Shown piece by piece: positions 17,778 through 27,760 of a DNA stretch of 64,000 nt. Each line of letters starts with the position of its first letter. Position 1 is the first letter of the stretch. Origin of the DNA: an uncultured Gammaproteobacteria bacterium (lineage in GTDB: Bacteria > Patescibacteriota > Microgenomatia > Woykebacterales > RBG-16-39-9b); NCBI GenBank assembly GCA_964360785.1, contig CAYHXX010000001.1, positions 73,334 through 137,333 of the forward strand. The letters run 5' to 3'. The notes under the pieces were generated by a model, which worked only from the letters and a program-made list of their open reading frames with translations, searched no databases and had not been told where the DNA came from. The position numbers and the translations under genes were made by a program.

Positions 17778-18200
17778 TCAGCTTCCTACTGTCGCCGCTA
17801 CTTCTATCCGCTCGTCTCGGTTGAGCGGGATGCTCTGCGCGACGTCGTGCGGGTACTCCAGACCGCGCTCAAGCTTGTGAGTACGAGTATCCTGCAGCTC
17901 GAAAGCATCAACGATTCGCTCGATTGCGGGAAGCTCGTCGAAGCCCTTGCAGCTGAAGATGTCGACCCACACCTGTCTGTGCTCTGGGAACGTGTGGACG
18001 GCGATGTGGCTCTCGGCGATGAGCACAAAGCCAGACACGCCCCAGTCATCTGGGTTGTCTCCACGGTATTCGAAGACATGTGGCTCCGAGATCTTCGTCA
18101 TCCCGATCTCTGTCGGGTAGCGGTCGAGCAGGTTGCGGACCCGTTCTTCGCTACCGAGCAAAGCCGCGTTTCCGCCAAACCCATCGATCGTTACGTGCAT
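17778..18200 (-). CDS. speD: Pyruvoyl-dependent S-adenosylmethionine decarboxylase proenzyme family (class 1b)
   Basis: GVSGFVLIAESHIAVHTFPE, VDIFSC, ERG; AAGGAGG SD; own TTGACA promoter; GC-rich. Confidence 0.88.
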   Translation of the reverse strand: MHVTIDGFGGNAALLGSEERVRNLLDRYPTEIGMTKISEPHVFEYRGDNPDDWGVSGFVLIAESHIAVHTFPEHRQVWVDIFSCKGFDELPAIERIVDAFELQDTRTHKLERGLEYPHDVAQSIPLNRDERIEVAATVGS

Positions 18201-18280
18201 GTCGTCCCTCCTTCCAGGGTTGATCCTTTTGGCCGTAAAGGGAATTAAAAACGTTTATGAAATGCTTGTCAAGAGGAGTT

Positions 18281-18859
18281 TCAGATTTGCAAGCTAGAAC
18301 CAGCTAAAATTGTGTCCTTTATTTTCGAAAACCAAGGATATTTTAGTGAAGTTATTGCTTTGATTTCCTTGCGATAAATTTCATGGAAGTTACTATTTCC
18401 CGCTTCGATTTCCTCGAAACATTTGGAAAGCAAGGACAAGCTGTCGGCAAGTTTTACAACCTGGGATTCGATGGACTCACGCTTTTGTTCTTCATGCCAG
18501 AGGTCGATCAGATCCTTGGAAATTTCTTTTGGGAGGTCCTCAAACATCAGTCCGATTGTTTCCTCGTTTACTTCTCGGATTGCGCTAGCGATTTTTTCGT
18601 TGAAATGTTTGAATGGGTTAAGGATGTCACCAGAGAAACCTTCTTCCGAGTCGTGGATCAGAGCCATTGAAATAGCTTTTTTGGTATCAACTCCTACTTT
18701 CTTTTTTTCCAGCAACCAGCAAATTAGTTGGGTAAAATGAGCGACGTAAAAAGAATGCTCAGCCACGGATTCGGGAAAAAGAAGCGGGCGGTTGTTGAAC
18801 CTCTTTACATGGGCAAGATTGCGATTGAGAAAGTAATTAAAAAGCGCCATCCGCAACAT
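18281..18859 (-). CDS. HD-domain 5'-deoxynucleotidase-like protein (YfbR family)
   Basis: ESVAEHSFYVA, ALIHDSEEGFSGDI, VKLADSL; start at 18859 or 18850. Confidence 0.88.
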   Translation of the reverse strand: MLRMALFNYFLNRNLAHVKRFNNRPLLFPESVAEHSFYVAHFTQLICWLLEKKKVGVDTKKAISMALIHDSEEGFSGDILNPFKHFNEKIASAIREVNEETIGLMFEDLPKEISKDLIDLWHEEQKRESIESQVVKLADSLSLLSKCFEEIEAGNSNFHEIYRKEIKAITSLKYPWFSKIKDTILAGSSLQI

Positions 18860-18957
18860 CTTAATACCAATGCCTTTTTGTTGCAAACGGTTTTTGCTCC
18901 AGGTAGAATCAGTTTGCTCACTGGCAGGACTGGGCCAGGCTCGAGGTAACACGAGTC

Positions 18958-19941
18958 TTGATCGGTAAGGGCAGGGCTAGTACAAGGATGTGTACCTTGC
19001 CGAAGTCTCGAAAAGACGTATCGGTCAACTGTAATCAAGTAGATAGAAGGATAGAGAAATGGAACAAGCCAGCGGTACTGCAATTGGTACCTCAGACTAG
19101 TCTACTGACACTTGAGAGAGACCGTCCGAGATTGCCACCTTTGTACCTGACTGGGATCGAGAGAGTTAACAATTTGATGTACATCCCACCATTCAGTGTT
19201 TTGGATGCAAGGATCACACCGGTGCTTCCCAATCACTGGATGAGCCAGTTTGTTGGGATCCCTACCAAGGAAAAATATTGGGGAATTACCTATAAAGGTA
19301 GCAAACCTCATGTAAGAAACTATGATGTGGTAAATGGTCTAGGGTACGCAGAGAGAAGGTCTGAGCACATCTTGGCTGGCTATTCAGAAGAGTTGAAACA
19401 GCTTCGAGATTCTGCAAATGAGATACATCGTATGTCGGATCTGATGCTTGTCTCTAGGGGTAGACGAGCTATAGCACTCCAGCATGCACTACTAAGAATC
19501 CATCGAAGAGAGGAAGTTGTGCGCAATATCATTGCTAACAGAACTGTTAGGGACATCAACCTGCATTTTGCTTTCAATCGGGCAATCACTCGTTTGACAC
19601 AATTTGCGGCAACCCTGGAGCGTTGGTCGATAGCAATTCGCTACAATCCAAATCGAATACCAAACCGCTCGATCTTACAGATGCTTGGATGGATTGAACA
19701 TGAGATACCATACTTCGGGAGTAGAGAGATACAGCCAATTCTGATCCAGGTCAAGCTTGCAATCAGGATGTTTAGAAAAACACAAAAACCAAAAGATTTG
19801 GCTGCAAATACAGCCCTAGTGTTAACAGATAGCCTGAGTGGCTTGTTACTACTAGCTGTCGTAGAACTTCAGCGACAGGCAGATGCTGTGCCAGAAGAAG
19901 AAAAAGAAGCAGCAGCACTAATACGGTCAGGAAGAATTTAG
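18958..19941 (+). CDS. Hypothetical protein (start uncertain)
   Basis: Long ORF with helical C-terminal half, followed by (AG)10 and a hairpin terminator. Confidence 0.6.
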   Translation: MIGKGRASTRMCTLPKSRKDVSVNCNQVDRRIEKWNKPAVLQLVPQTSLLTLERDRPRLPPLYLTGIERVNNLMYIPPFSVLDARITPVLPNHWMSQFVGIPTKEKYWGITYKGSKPHVRNYDVVNGLGYAERRSEHILAGYSEELKQLRDSANEIHRMSDLMLVSRGRRAIALQHALLRIHRREEVVRNIIANRTVRDINLHFAFNRAITRLTQFAATLERWSIAIRYNPNRIPNRSILQMLGWIEHEIPYFGSREIQPILIQVKLAIRMFRKTQKPKDLAANTALVLTDSLSGLLLLAVVELQRQADAVPEEEKEAAALIRSGRI

Positions 19942-20215
19942 AGAGAGAGAGAGAGAGAGCAAAACCCTTACGCAAGTGAGGGTTTCTTATTTTCATCCGC
20001 AAACGAAGGTACTTAGCTACCAGCTAAATAGTCGAAGACTATTGCTGGAGCGCAGGATGCGCAGTAGCTAATCTCTGGTAGGAGATATTAGTTACGAGTA
20101 GACTATAGATTCACTTCGTTCTCTGTAGTCTGTCGGAACAGACTATGGGTTGCATTTTAGCTTCAATTGTGCTATAATAAATTTATTCGTAAGTTGCAGA
20201 GTTCAGGAGGATTGA

Positions 20216-20509
20216 ATGAATTGCGCTCTGTGCGGTGAGGAATTCGAACACCGTTACGGTTGCTGCAAGCTCTGCGGCAACGTGTTCTGTCGTAAGTGCT
20301 GGCCAGGCGGTGACTACTGCTCGGCTTGCAAAAAAGTGGTTGCCGGACGTGAAGTGATTCGTGTCCCAAAGCAGCCTACCAACTGCGAAGGTTGCGGAGG
20401 TGAGAAAGTCGACGATGTCTGCACGAAGTGCGGGCCTCACGACTCAGCTCGACTGACCAACCGTCGCAGACAGAACACAACGAAGAAGACCGCGACTCAC
20501 CCCCGGTGA
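20216..20509 (+). CDS. Cys-rich multi-zinc-finger small protein
   Basis: Six CxxC pairs; AGGAGG SD; TATAAT upstream. Confidence 0.7.
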   Translation: MNCALCGEEFEHRYGCCKLCGNVFCRKCWPGGDYCSACKKVVAGREVIRVPKQPTNCEGCGGEKVDDVCTKCGPHDSARLTNRRRQNTTKKTATHPR

Positions 20510-20540
20510 CCATCGCGGCCTTTCTCTCTCCAAATATTTC

Positions 20541-21599
20541 CTAGTTAAAATTAAACAGTGCATCACTCGGGAAGTTGGGACAGCTCCAAGCAAGTGTTGC
20601 TTTCCCCACTCTGTATTTCCCTCTCATTTCTTTGGCTTTTCCAAGATCATAGCAATTGTGGACCCATTCGATATGAAGGTGTGAGCCATCCCCGGTTATC
20701 GGGCGAACATAACCAGAGTTACCAACTCGGCCAATTGCTTGTCCCTGTTCAACAATGTCTCCGATCTTAATCCCTGCTTCTCTAACCGATCCTTGCTGTA
20801 GGTGGAGATAATTTTGATTGCTGCCATCTTCAGTCTGAATGACGACAACATTAACTCGACTGAGCAGAGTTATATTGTTTCCTCCTGAGCCGAAACTATC
20901 CTCGATCCAGAGCACCATCCCTTTTTCGGAAGCGCAGATCTGCTCACCCTTCTTCATTCCAAAATCGAACGCTCTCCCGATATGGTGGTCTTCCCCTGGG
21001 TTAGTAGTAATTGGCGAACTCTGAAAACTGCACCACGGGTATTTGTAGTTTGGTGGGCTGTTGAAGGCTTGGGTTGTGTTGATCGAATCTCTAATAGTGT
21101 TTGGTTGTGGTTTGATGACTAGTTCCAGATAAAGATCGTTGTGGTCGCTATCTTTGTTGTCGTTATCCTCGATGTCAAAAGCCCAGTGCTCGTCTGAGTA
21201 TTTGGTAACCAAGACGCGCGCTGAAGTATGTGGGAAAGAGCTATTGCAGTCCCTCAGGAACTGGAAAGCGAAGACAATTTTTGTATCATCGTGGTACGGG
21301 CCGAGAACGATGGTTTCGCGAGTCTGTGGTAGGTGGTCAAAGATCACATCTGAACCAACTATGAAGGGTTCCTTTGTTGGTAGTGTGTAGGGAGGTACTG
21401 CTTTCGCATCTGGTTGTTGGAGATAAATCATCCCCTCATCGCAGCGGGCACTACCTTTCCAAGCGGTTACAATCAGAGTTGACTCTGCTTGCAGCACTAT
21501 GTCCTTGTCCGTGATCTGCTGTTGTCGATTCTCTGTTGCGTTCCCTAGAGAGCTTGCAAATGTCAGCATTGACACGACGAACCGTAGCAGCTCAAACAC
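20541..21599 (-). CDS. Secreted M23 peptidase with N-terminal accessory domain
   Basis: GAAGGAG then GTG; HHIGRAFDFG, YLHL, GRVGNSG, HLHIE; EDNDNKDSDHND Ca-binding-like motif. Confidence 0.8.
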   Translation of the reverse strand: MFELLRFVVSMLTFASSLGNATENRQQQITDKDIVLQAESTLIVTAWKGSARCDEGMIYLQQPDAKAVPPYTLPTKEPFIVGSDVIFDHLPQTRETIVLGPYHDDTKIVFAFQFLRDCNSSFPHTSARVLVTKYSDEHWAFDIEDNDNKDSDHNDLYLELVIKPQPNTIRDSINTTQAFNSPPNYKYPWCSFQSSPITTNPGEDHHIGRAFDFGMKKGEQICASEKGMVLWIEDSFGSGGNNITLLSRVNVVVIQTEDGSNQNYLHLQQGSVREAGIKIGDIVEQGQAIGRVGNSGYVRPITGDGSHLHIEWVHNCYDLGKAKEMRGKYRVGKATLAWSCPNFPSDALFNFN

Positions 21600-21692
21600 G
21601 GTTCCCACTCCTTCACTATGAAATTGGGAAAGAACGAGTCTAGTATCCAGGGACACCCCTCAAGAGTCAAGTATTAGTTGGGTTCGAATTTA

Positions 21693-21705
21693 AGTGTCTG
21701 GCACT
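21693..21705. repeat. REP-like palindrome variant AGTGTCTGGCACT
   Basis: One mismatch to the RAYT-flanking palindrome. Confidence 0.6.
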
Positions 21706-21737
21706 GTGCCTAGGGTCTGATCCTAAAATAAGTGATT

Positions 21738-21749
21738 ACGTCGCACAAT
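21738..21749 (+). repeat. Direct repeat ACGTCGCACAAT, copy 1
   Basis: Identical 12-mer at 22368, each followed by a similar promoter-like sequence. Confidence 0.7.
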
Positions 21750-21792
21750 GGTTGTTTTTTTGTTCTAATTTAGTTAAAGTTTATTAAGCAAT

Positions 21793-22338
21793 ATGGTTAG
21801 TGAAAAGCATAAAATAAGCAGAAAAGGGTTTTTATTGGCTATAATCTTCGGGCCAATATTTGGTCTTGCAATCACTTTTATCGTCATGGCGTTTTTAGGG
21901 GAAGTATTTCCAAATTACTATGAGGATTCTCTTGCATTTTCGTTATTGGGTGTACCACTTTCGTATTTGGCCGCTAGAATTATTTATGTAAATCAACTTT
22001 TAAACCCATATTTCTTTAGATATTTAATATACCTTAATGCTTATATAAGTTTCAAAAATAAGAGAGAAAAATATATAATTCTTTCAAATACGCATCAAGA
22101 TTTTGTCGGTAAATTTACTCTACTCATTGATGCTTTGAATCTAGCCTTTATTATCAGTTTTGGTAGTAATTTCATACTGAGTTTTATCTTAATAGGTATT
22201 TTCGGGAACGAAACCTTTTTAGTGTTATTTATTTTTACATTACCACTAATGATTTTATTGACTTGGCTCTTTTACATTAAACTTCTAAAAAACCCTTATC
22301 TCTTCTTAATTAAGAGGCTAACCCGAAGTCTTTTTTAG
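21793..22338 (+). CDS. AT-rich four-TM membrane protein
   Basis: 181 aa, four hydrophobic segments, markedly lower GC than flanks. Confidence 0.7.
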   Translation: MVSEKHKISRKGFLLAIIFGPIFGLAITFIVMAFLGEVFPNYYEDSLAFSLLGVPLSYLAARIIYVNQLLNPYFFRYLIYLNAYISFKNKREKYIILSNTHQDFVGKFTLLIDALNLAFIISFGSNFILSFILIGIFGNETFLVLFIFTLPLMILLTWLFYIKLLKNPYLFLIKRLTRSLF

Positions 22339-22367
22339 CTTTAGTAAGCATAGAAACATACACTTCC

Positions 22368-22379
22368 ACGTCGCACAAT
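22368..22379 (+). repeat. Direct repeat ACGTCGCACAAT, copy 2 (upstream of xer)
   Basis: Identical to 21738-21749. Confidence 0.7.
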
Positions 22380-22417
22380 ATTTGCTTTTTTAGCCTCCGT
22401 GCTGTTAAAATTTATAT

Positions 22418-23341
22418 ATGTCCCCACTGTCCAAACTTACTACTGATTTTCTCGAGCATCTTGAGGTTGAAAAAAATGCCTCGCAACTGACAATCCGTAA
22501 TTACGATCATTATCTGAAAAGATTTCTCGGTTTTGCTGGCGATATTGATCCAAAAGATATAAACCAAGAAATGGTGCGAAAATATCGAGTTTTCTTAGCC
22601 CGCTATATAGATGAGCGTTCTGGCCTTCCTTTGAAAAAAGTCACTCAAAACTATTTTGTGATTGCTCTGCGAGCTTTCCTGCGTTATTTAGCTAAAAATG
22701 ACGTGGAGACGCTAGCAGCTGAAAAAATTGAGCTTGGGGATCAGGATCCGCGGCCGATTAAAGTTCTGGATAATGATCAGCTCTCTCGCCTACTTTCATC
22801 TCCGGAGATTTCAAAAATTGATGGTGTGCGGGATAAGGCTATTTTGGAAACGCTTTTCTCGACTGGATTGCGGGTTAGCGAATTAACTAAATTAAACAGA
22901 GATAAAATTAACTTAGAACGACGAGAGTTTGGGATTGTGGGTAAAGGGGGAAAAGAACGAGTAGTTTTTATTTCTGATGCTGCGGCCGAGTGGATTGGCC
23001 GTTACCTGGCGCAGCGAGCTGATCGGTACAACCCATTGTTCATCCGTTACTCTGGTAAAGAAGATCCGGCCAAGGGTGGGGAAAAAATGCGTCTCACTCC
23101 CCGATCAATCGAAAGAATTCTTGAAAAATATGTCCGAAAAGCCCAAATACCAATCAAGGCTTCACCGCACACCTTGCGGCATTCCTTCGCTACGGACTTG
23201 TTAATAAATGGAGCTGATATCCGCAGTGTCCAAGAGATGCTCGGTCATGCCAATATTTCCACCACCCAGATCTATACTCATATTACAAATAGACATCTCA
23301 AAGATGTCCACAAAGCCTTTCACAGCGGCAACAAAGTTTAA
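22418..23341 (+). CDS. xerC: Xer-family tyrosine recombinase
   Basis: RDKAILETLFSTGLRVSEL, GKGGKERVV, SPHTLRHSFAT, LGHANISTTQIYTH. Confidence 0.9.
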   Translation: MSPLSKLTTDFLEHLEVEKNASQLTIRNYDHYLKRFLGFAGDIDPKDINQEMVRKYRVFLARYIDERSGLPLKKVTQNYFVIALRAFLRYLAKNDVETLAAEKIELGDQDPRPIKVLDNDQLSRLLSSPEISKIDGVRDKAILETLFSTGLRVSELTKLNRDKINLERREFGIVGKGGKERVVFISDAAAEWIGRYLAQRADRYNPLFIRYSGKEDPAKGGEKMRLTPRSIERILEKYVRKAQIPIKASPHTLRHSFATDLLINGADIRSVQEMLGHANISTTQIYTHITNRHLKDVHKAFHSGNKV

Positions 23342-23356
23342 CCTAAATTATAGTCT

Positions 23357-23371
23357 CAGTGTCTGACACTG
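23357..23371. repeat. REP-like palindrome CAGTGTCTGACACTG
   Basis: Shares AGTGTCTGACACTGGTT with the 17674 copy. Confidence 0.75.
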
Positions 23372-23445
23372 GTTGGAAAAAGGAAAAAAGTTCCCGCCTT
23401 CAGAGTTCGTCCAAAGGCGGGGTGTGGTTTCTACGACAACTAGCG

Positions 23446-23667
23446 TTAGTTGGCGAAGACGACAATCGGTCGTGAGATTCCCAGCAGGATACACAGCTCT
23501 TTGTCGAATTCGTTGTCTGCAAGCTCGCCGGCGAAGAACCGTGAATACAGCTCTCTCACGGCTTGCTTGCGAGCGTGGGTGAGATTGCTGGTGTTGCCGA
23601 TGGCAGCGGCCACGCGACGGGGATCGTTGGACCTCCGAATCAGATCACGAAGTTGACGTGGATGCAC
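23446..23667 (-). CDS. Small hypothetical protein
   Basis: GGAGG then GTG; GC-rich; hairpin at about 23393-23421. Confidence 0.6.
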   Translation of the reverse strand: MHPRQLRDLIRRSNDPRRVAAAIGNTSNLTHARKQAVRELYSRFFAGELADNEFDKELCILLGISRPIVVFAN

Positions 23668-23808
23668 TAATTGACCTCCATCCTAAATTTGCCCGAAGCT
23701 GAGATATTAACATAATTGAATAGGTTTTTCAAGTGTTGTAGTAGAAAGGCCCCCAATAATCAATGACTGATCTGGGAGCCTTATTTGAAGTAGCTCACTA
23801 TAGTTACT

Positions 23809-24066
23809 CTAACCTAGTTGTCTGATTACTGCGGTTGCGTAGTTGTATTGATCTCTCCAAGGATGGCCATTGGCACCAACAGCATATTTGTATCCCTCCC
23901 AGTTTTCGAATAATTTGCTTGCTGTAGCAGTGTCGATGATGTACGCCTCTTGGTATCTGGCAATTTCAGCACGTATCAGTTCATCAGCGGCACGCACATT
24001 GTCTCCAATTGTATCCTCCGGACGTGTATTGCAAATCAAAACTCTAAGAAGGCTGTTCTTAGTCAT
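23809..24066 (-). CDS. Small hypothetical protein
   Basis: AAGGGAGG then ATG (MTKNSLLRVL...); hairpin downstream. Confidence 0.55.
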   Translation of the reverse strand: MTKNSLLRVLICNTRPEDTIGDNVRAADELIRAEIARYQEAYIIDTATASKLFENWEGYKYAVGANGHPWRDQYNYATAVIRQLG

Positions 24067-24179
24067 GATCCCTCCCTTACTACAGAAAAGATACGGCGTA
24101 TTCAAAGAAATTGTCAATGTTTTTAAAAAGTAATTAAACTTTAACTAACGCAATTTGATTTGATCTGTTAATATCAACA

Positions 24180-25412
24180 ATGATGCTAGAAAAAGTCGAT
24201 CCTGAGCTTTCGCAGCTAATAAAAAAAGAAGAACTTCGCCAGAAAACTTCTCTTAATCTAGTGGCTTCCGAGAACTATGTTTCCAAAGCAGTTCGTGAGG
24301 CCTCTGGTTCGGTCCTAACCAACAAGTACGCTGAAGGATACCCCAAGAAGCGTTATTATGGCGGTACCCGCTTGATTGACGAAATTGAGCAGCTGGCGAT
24401 TGATCGCGCCAAGAAATTATTTGGTGCGGAACATATTAATGTCCAACCCTATTCTGGTACCAACCCAAATCTAGCGGTTTACTTTTCCGCAATGGAGCCA
24501 GGTGATACTGCTCTGGCAATGAATTTGCAGGCTGGTGGCCACCTTTCCCACGGCAGTCCGATGTCGATTTCGGGAAAAGTATTTCGCTTTGTACAATACG
24601 GTGTAAATCTTGAAACCGAACTTCTCGATTACGATGAGATTGAGTCAATTGCCAAAAAGGAAAAACCAAAACTGATCGTGGCTGGGGCATCTGCCTATTC
24701 CCGTTTGATTGATTACAAAAAATTCCGCGAAATTGCTGACAAAGTTGGTGCTTTACTTCTAGTAGATATGGCGCACATTGCTGGTTTGGTAGCTGCTGGA
24801 GTTATACCTTCTCCTATCCCCCATGCTCATTTTGTTACCACCTCTACCCATAAAACCTTAAGAGGACCTCGCGGCGGAATGATTCTTTGTAAGACCGAGT
24901 TTGCGGAAAGAGTTGATAAAATGCTTTTTCCCGGTATCCAAGGCGGACCGCTTGAGAATATTATCGCTGCCAAGGCAGTTGCCTTTGAGGAAGCTTCAAA
25001 GCCGGAGTTCAAAACCCACTCTCTTCAAATTATAAAGAACGCTAAAGTTCTAGCAGATGAACTTGCGAAGGAAGGGTTTAGGATTGTTTCTGGCGGAACC
25101 GATAATCATTTATTGAATATTGATTTTGGTAGTGAAGGTCTGACTGGGAGAGAAGCTGAAGCGATTTTGGAATCAGTTAATATTATCGTTAATCGTGAGG
25201 TTGTCCCACGCGACACGCGTAAACCTTATATTGCCTCCGGAATTCGACTCGGAACCTCGGTTGTTACTACCAGAGATATGGGACCAGACCAAATGAAACA
25301 AATAGCAGAATTGGTTGCCAGAGCTCTGAAACTGGGGGTAGATTCTGACAAACAAGAACAAATCATTTACGAAGTGACACAACTAACCTCTCACTTTGTC
25401 TTGCCCGACTAG
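24180..25412 (+). CDS. glyA: Serine hydroxymethyltransferase
   Basis: [43 protein letters not shown]. Confidence 0.98.
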   Translation: MMLEKVDPELSQLIKKEELRQKTSLNLVASENYVSKAVREASGSVLTNKYAEGYPKKRYYGGTRLIDEIEQLAIDRAKKLFGAEHINVQPYSGTNPNLAVYFSAMEPGDTALAMNLQAGGHLSHGSPMSISGKVFRFVQYGVNLETELLDYDEIESIAKKEKPKLIVAGASAYSRLIDYKKFREIADKVGALLLVDMAHIAGLVAAGVIPSPIPHAHFVTTSTHKTLRGPRGGMILCKTEFAERVDKMLFPGIQGGPLENIIAAKAVAFEEASKPEFKTHSLQIIKNAKVLADELAKEGFRIVSGGTDNHLLNIDFGSEGLTGREAEAILESVNIIVNREVVPRDTRKPYIASGIRLGTSVVTTRDMGPDQMKQIAELVARALKLGVDSDKQEQIIYEVTQLTSHFVLPD

Positions 25413-25474
25413 GGACTAACTTGCAGTCAAATAAAAAATCAATTATGCTTAATTTATAGCCAAATTTAAATAAA

Positions 25475-27760
25475 ATGATATCACCTGCTCCAGCTTCAGA
25501 AATTTTTGACTTTACATTCAATTATTTTTCCCTACTTTCACTCCTTGGTACTTCCGTTAATTTGATTCTCATCTATCTAGTGCTTTCTCGCGGCGTACAA
25601 AGTAGTGCCAATAAATGGTTCACCTTATTTTTATCTTTGCTGGCTCTTTGGGGAGTGGGTGAATTTTTTGGTAGGCTAAGCGGAAATCCAGCTGCTTCTT
25701 CTTTCTGGAGTTCCGTAAGTTCTCCGGGTTTTGTCTTCATGAGTCCAATATTTTTCCTTTTCACCCTAACTTATATTGGAAAAGATAATTTTATGGAAGG
25801 TTTCGGAAGAAGACTGTTGGTTTTTGGCTCTGGGCTTTTGATGCTGTTTTTGATTTGGAATACTAACCTTATCGTTGATCATTCATTGATTGATGTTATC
25901 AAATTACCTTGGGGTTGGAGTGGGCCAACTGCCGCTTACTTTACTTTTTTTGTCATCTGGCTTGAAGTTTTTTTTGTCGTGTCACTTTACCTATTAATAA
26001 AATATTTCCTAAAGCTTAAGAATCCTTTAAAAAAGAAACAGACCCAGTTGATGATTATTGCTTTGTTGATCCCTTTAGTAATTGGGACTCTTACTGACGC
26101 TCTCTTTCCAATAATCAAAGTTAATTTTCCGGGAACTGCAGTACTTTTTACTTCAGTAATGGGAGTAATCACGACGTATGCAATTTTGAGATACAAACTT
26201 TTTGCTATTAACCCTGCAGTTCACTTTGCAAATATTGTCAAAACGATGAATGAAGCCTTGATAGTTTGTGATAGTAGTAACTCGATTCAATTTACAAATG
26301 ATGCTGTCTTACGTCTGTTTGGATTCAATCCAGAATCCCTGCAAGGTCGTAAAATACAAACACTTTTACAAAAGTCAGAAGAGCAGAATATATTTGAGAC
26401 TGGTTTTCTTGCAAAAATAAACAATAAGGAACTTGTTACGGATTTGGAAATTAATCTTTCTAGCTCAACAGGCGAGGAGATTCCGGTTAACCTTTCCGGG
26501 TCACCTCTCTTTGATGAAACAAACTCACTAACTGGATATGTTATCGTCGCTTCCGACATTCGCGAAATTCGTAAGCTTGTTTACAACTTGGTTGCAGAGA
26601 GAAATAAACTCTCTGTCACCCTTTCAGGAATTACCGAAGGTGTCTTTGTAGTTGATAAAAGTGGGGTTATTTCTTTCTTTAATGAAGCTGCCGAGAAAAT
26701 ATTTGAGACCAAAGCGTCTGCAGTTATTGGTAAGAAAGCTGATGATGTGCTGCATATTACGGATCAAGAAGGCCCTGTAAAAGTGGAGTACTTTTTCCCC
26801 CAAGAAAAACTTTCAAAAGATATGGTTACTTATAGTCGTAACGGTGTTAAGATTCAGACTGCGGCAGGGATAATCAACTACGCAAACCTAATTGCTGCCA
26901 ATATTGTTGAGGGAGAAAGTATCAACCTCGGAGCGATTGTTACCTTGCACGATGTTTCCCAAGAAAAGGAACTGGAAGAAATGAAGCTGGACTTTGTTTC
27001 AATGGCAGCCCATGAGCTGCGTACACCATTGACTTCGATCAGAGGTTACCTATCTGTTTTACAAGAAGAAATTGGTAAGAAACTCTCAGAAGATCAATAT
27101 TCGTTCCTAGAGAAAGCATTTATTTCCTCGACACAACTAGCCGCTCTGGTTGAGAACCTACTTTCTGTTTCACGTATCGAGCGCGGGTCTTTGCAAATCC
27201 AATCTCAAGTAACACAGTGGGAAAATATCTTGGAAGAAGCCTACAACAATTTCCTGCCGCAAGCCAAGGAGCGTCAAGTTTCTCTAACCTATGTTAAGCC
27301 AACAAAAAAACTGCCGTTTGTTTCAGTTGATAAATTCCGAATTGGTGAAGTTGTTTCAAACCTAATCAGTAACGCTTTGAACTATACACCTTCGGGTGGT
27401 GCTGTTGAGGTGAGTACGGAGACTAGTGGTCAAGAAGTAATCACTCACGTAAAAGATACCGGACCCGGTATACCGCCGTCAGCATTACCAAAACTGTTTA
27501 CCAAATTCTTCCGCGTTTCGGGGGTATTGGAGCAGGGTTCGAAGGGAACAGGTCTCGGGCTTTATATTTCCAAAGCTATCGTTGATATGCACAAAGGTCG
27601 AATTTGGGTGGAATCTGAAATCGGTAAGGGTAGCATCTTCAACTTTACAGTTCCTGTTTCAAATGATCAGAATCTACCAGCGAAACCTTACATGCAGAAG
27701 GGCCAGAGAATGTTCTTACGCAAATCTGACGTTCCAAGTAGTCCGGAAAAAACTTCCTAA
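25475..27760 (+). CDS. 7TM-PAS-PAS sensor histidine kinase
   Basis: Seven N-terminal TMs, two PAS-like domains, [32 protein letters not shown]. Confidence 0.93.
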   Translation: MISPAPASEIFDFTFNYFSLLSLLGTSVNLILIYLVLSRGVQSSANKWFTLFLSLLALWGVGEFFGRLSGNPAASSFWSSVSSPGFVFMSPIFFLFTLTYIGKDNFMEGFGRRLLVFGSGLLMLFLIWNTNLIVDHSLIDVIKLPWGWSGPTAAYFTFFVIWLEVFFVVSLYLLIKYFLKLKNPLKKKQTQLMIIALLIPLVIGTLTDALFPIIKVNFPGTAVLFTSVMGVITTYAILRYKLFAINPAVHFANIVKTMNEALIVCDSSNSIQFTNDAVLRLFGFNPESLQGRKIQTLLQKSEEQNIFETGFLAKINNKELVTDLEINLSSSTGEEIPVNLSGSPLFDETNSLTGYVIVASDIREIRKLVYNLVAERNKLSVTLSGITEGVFVVDKSGVISFFNEAAEKIFETKASAVIGKKADDVLHITDQEGPVKVEYFFPQEKLSKDMVTYSRNGVKIQTAAGIINYANLIAANIVEGESINLGAIVTLHDVSQEKELEEMKLDFVSMAAHELRTPLTSIRGYLSVLQEEIGKKLSEDQYSFLEKAFISSTQLAALVENLLSVSRIERGSLQIQSQVTQWENILEEAYNNFLPQAKERQVSLTYVKPTKKLPFVSVDKFRIGEVVSNLISNALNYTPSGGAVEVSTETSGQEVITHVKDTGPGIPPSALPKLFTKFFRVSGVLEQGSKGTGLGLYISKAIVDMHKGRIWVESEIGKGSIFNFTVPVSNDQNLPAKPYMQKGQRMFLRKSDVPSSPEKTS

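Noticed and set aside
19940-19959. (AG)10 microsatellite as a phase-variation switch
   Set aside because: It starts within the stop codon and lies before the terminator, so length changes would not alter the protein
22418-23341. Integron integrase with an attC cassette array
   Set aside because: Looks like a plain XerC/D without the IntI-specific insertion; no repeated attC structures seen
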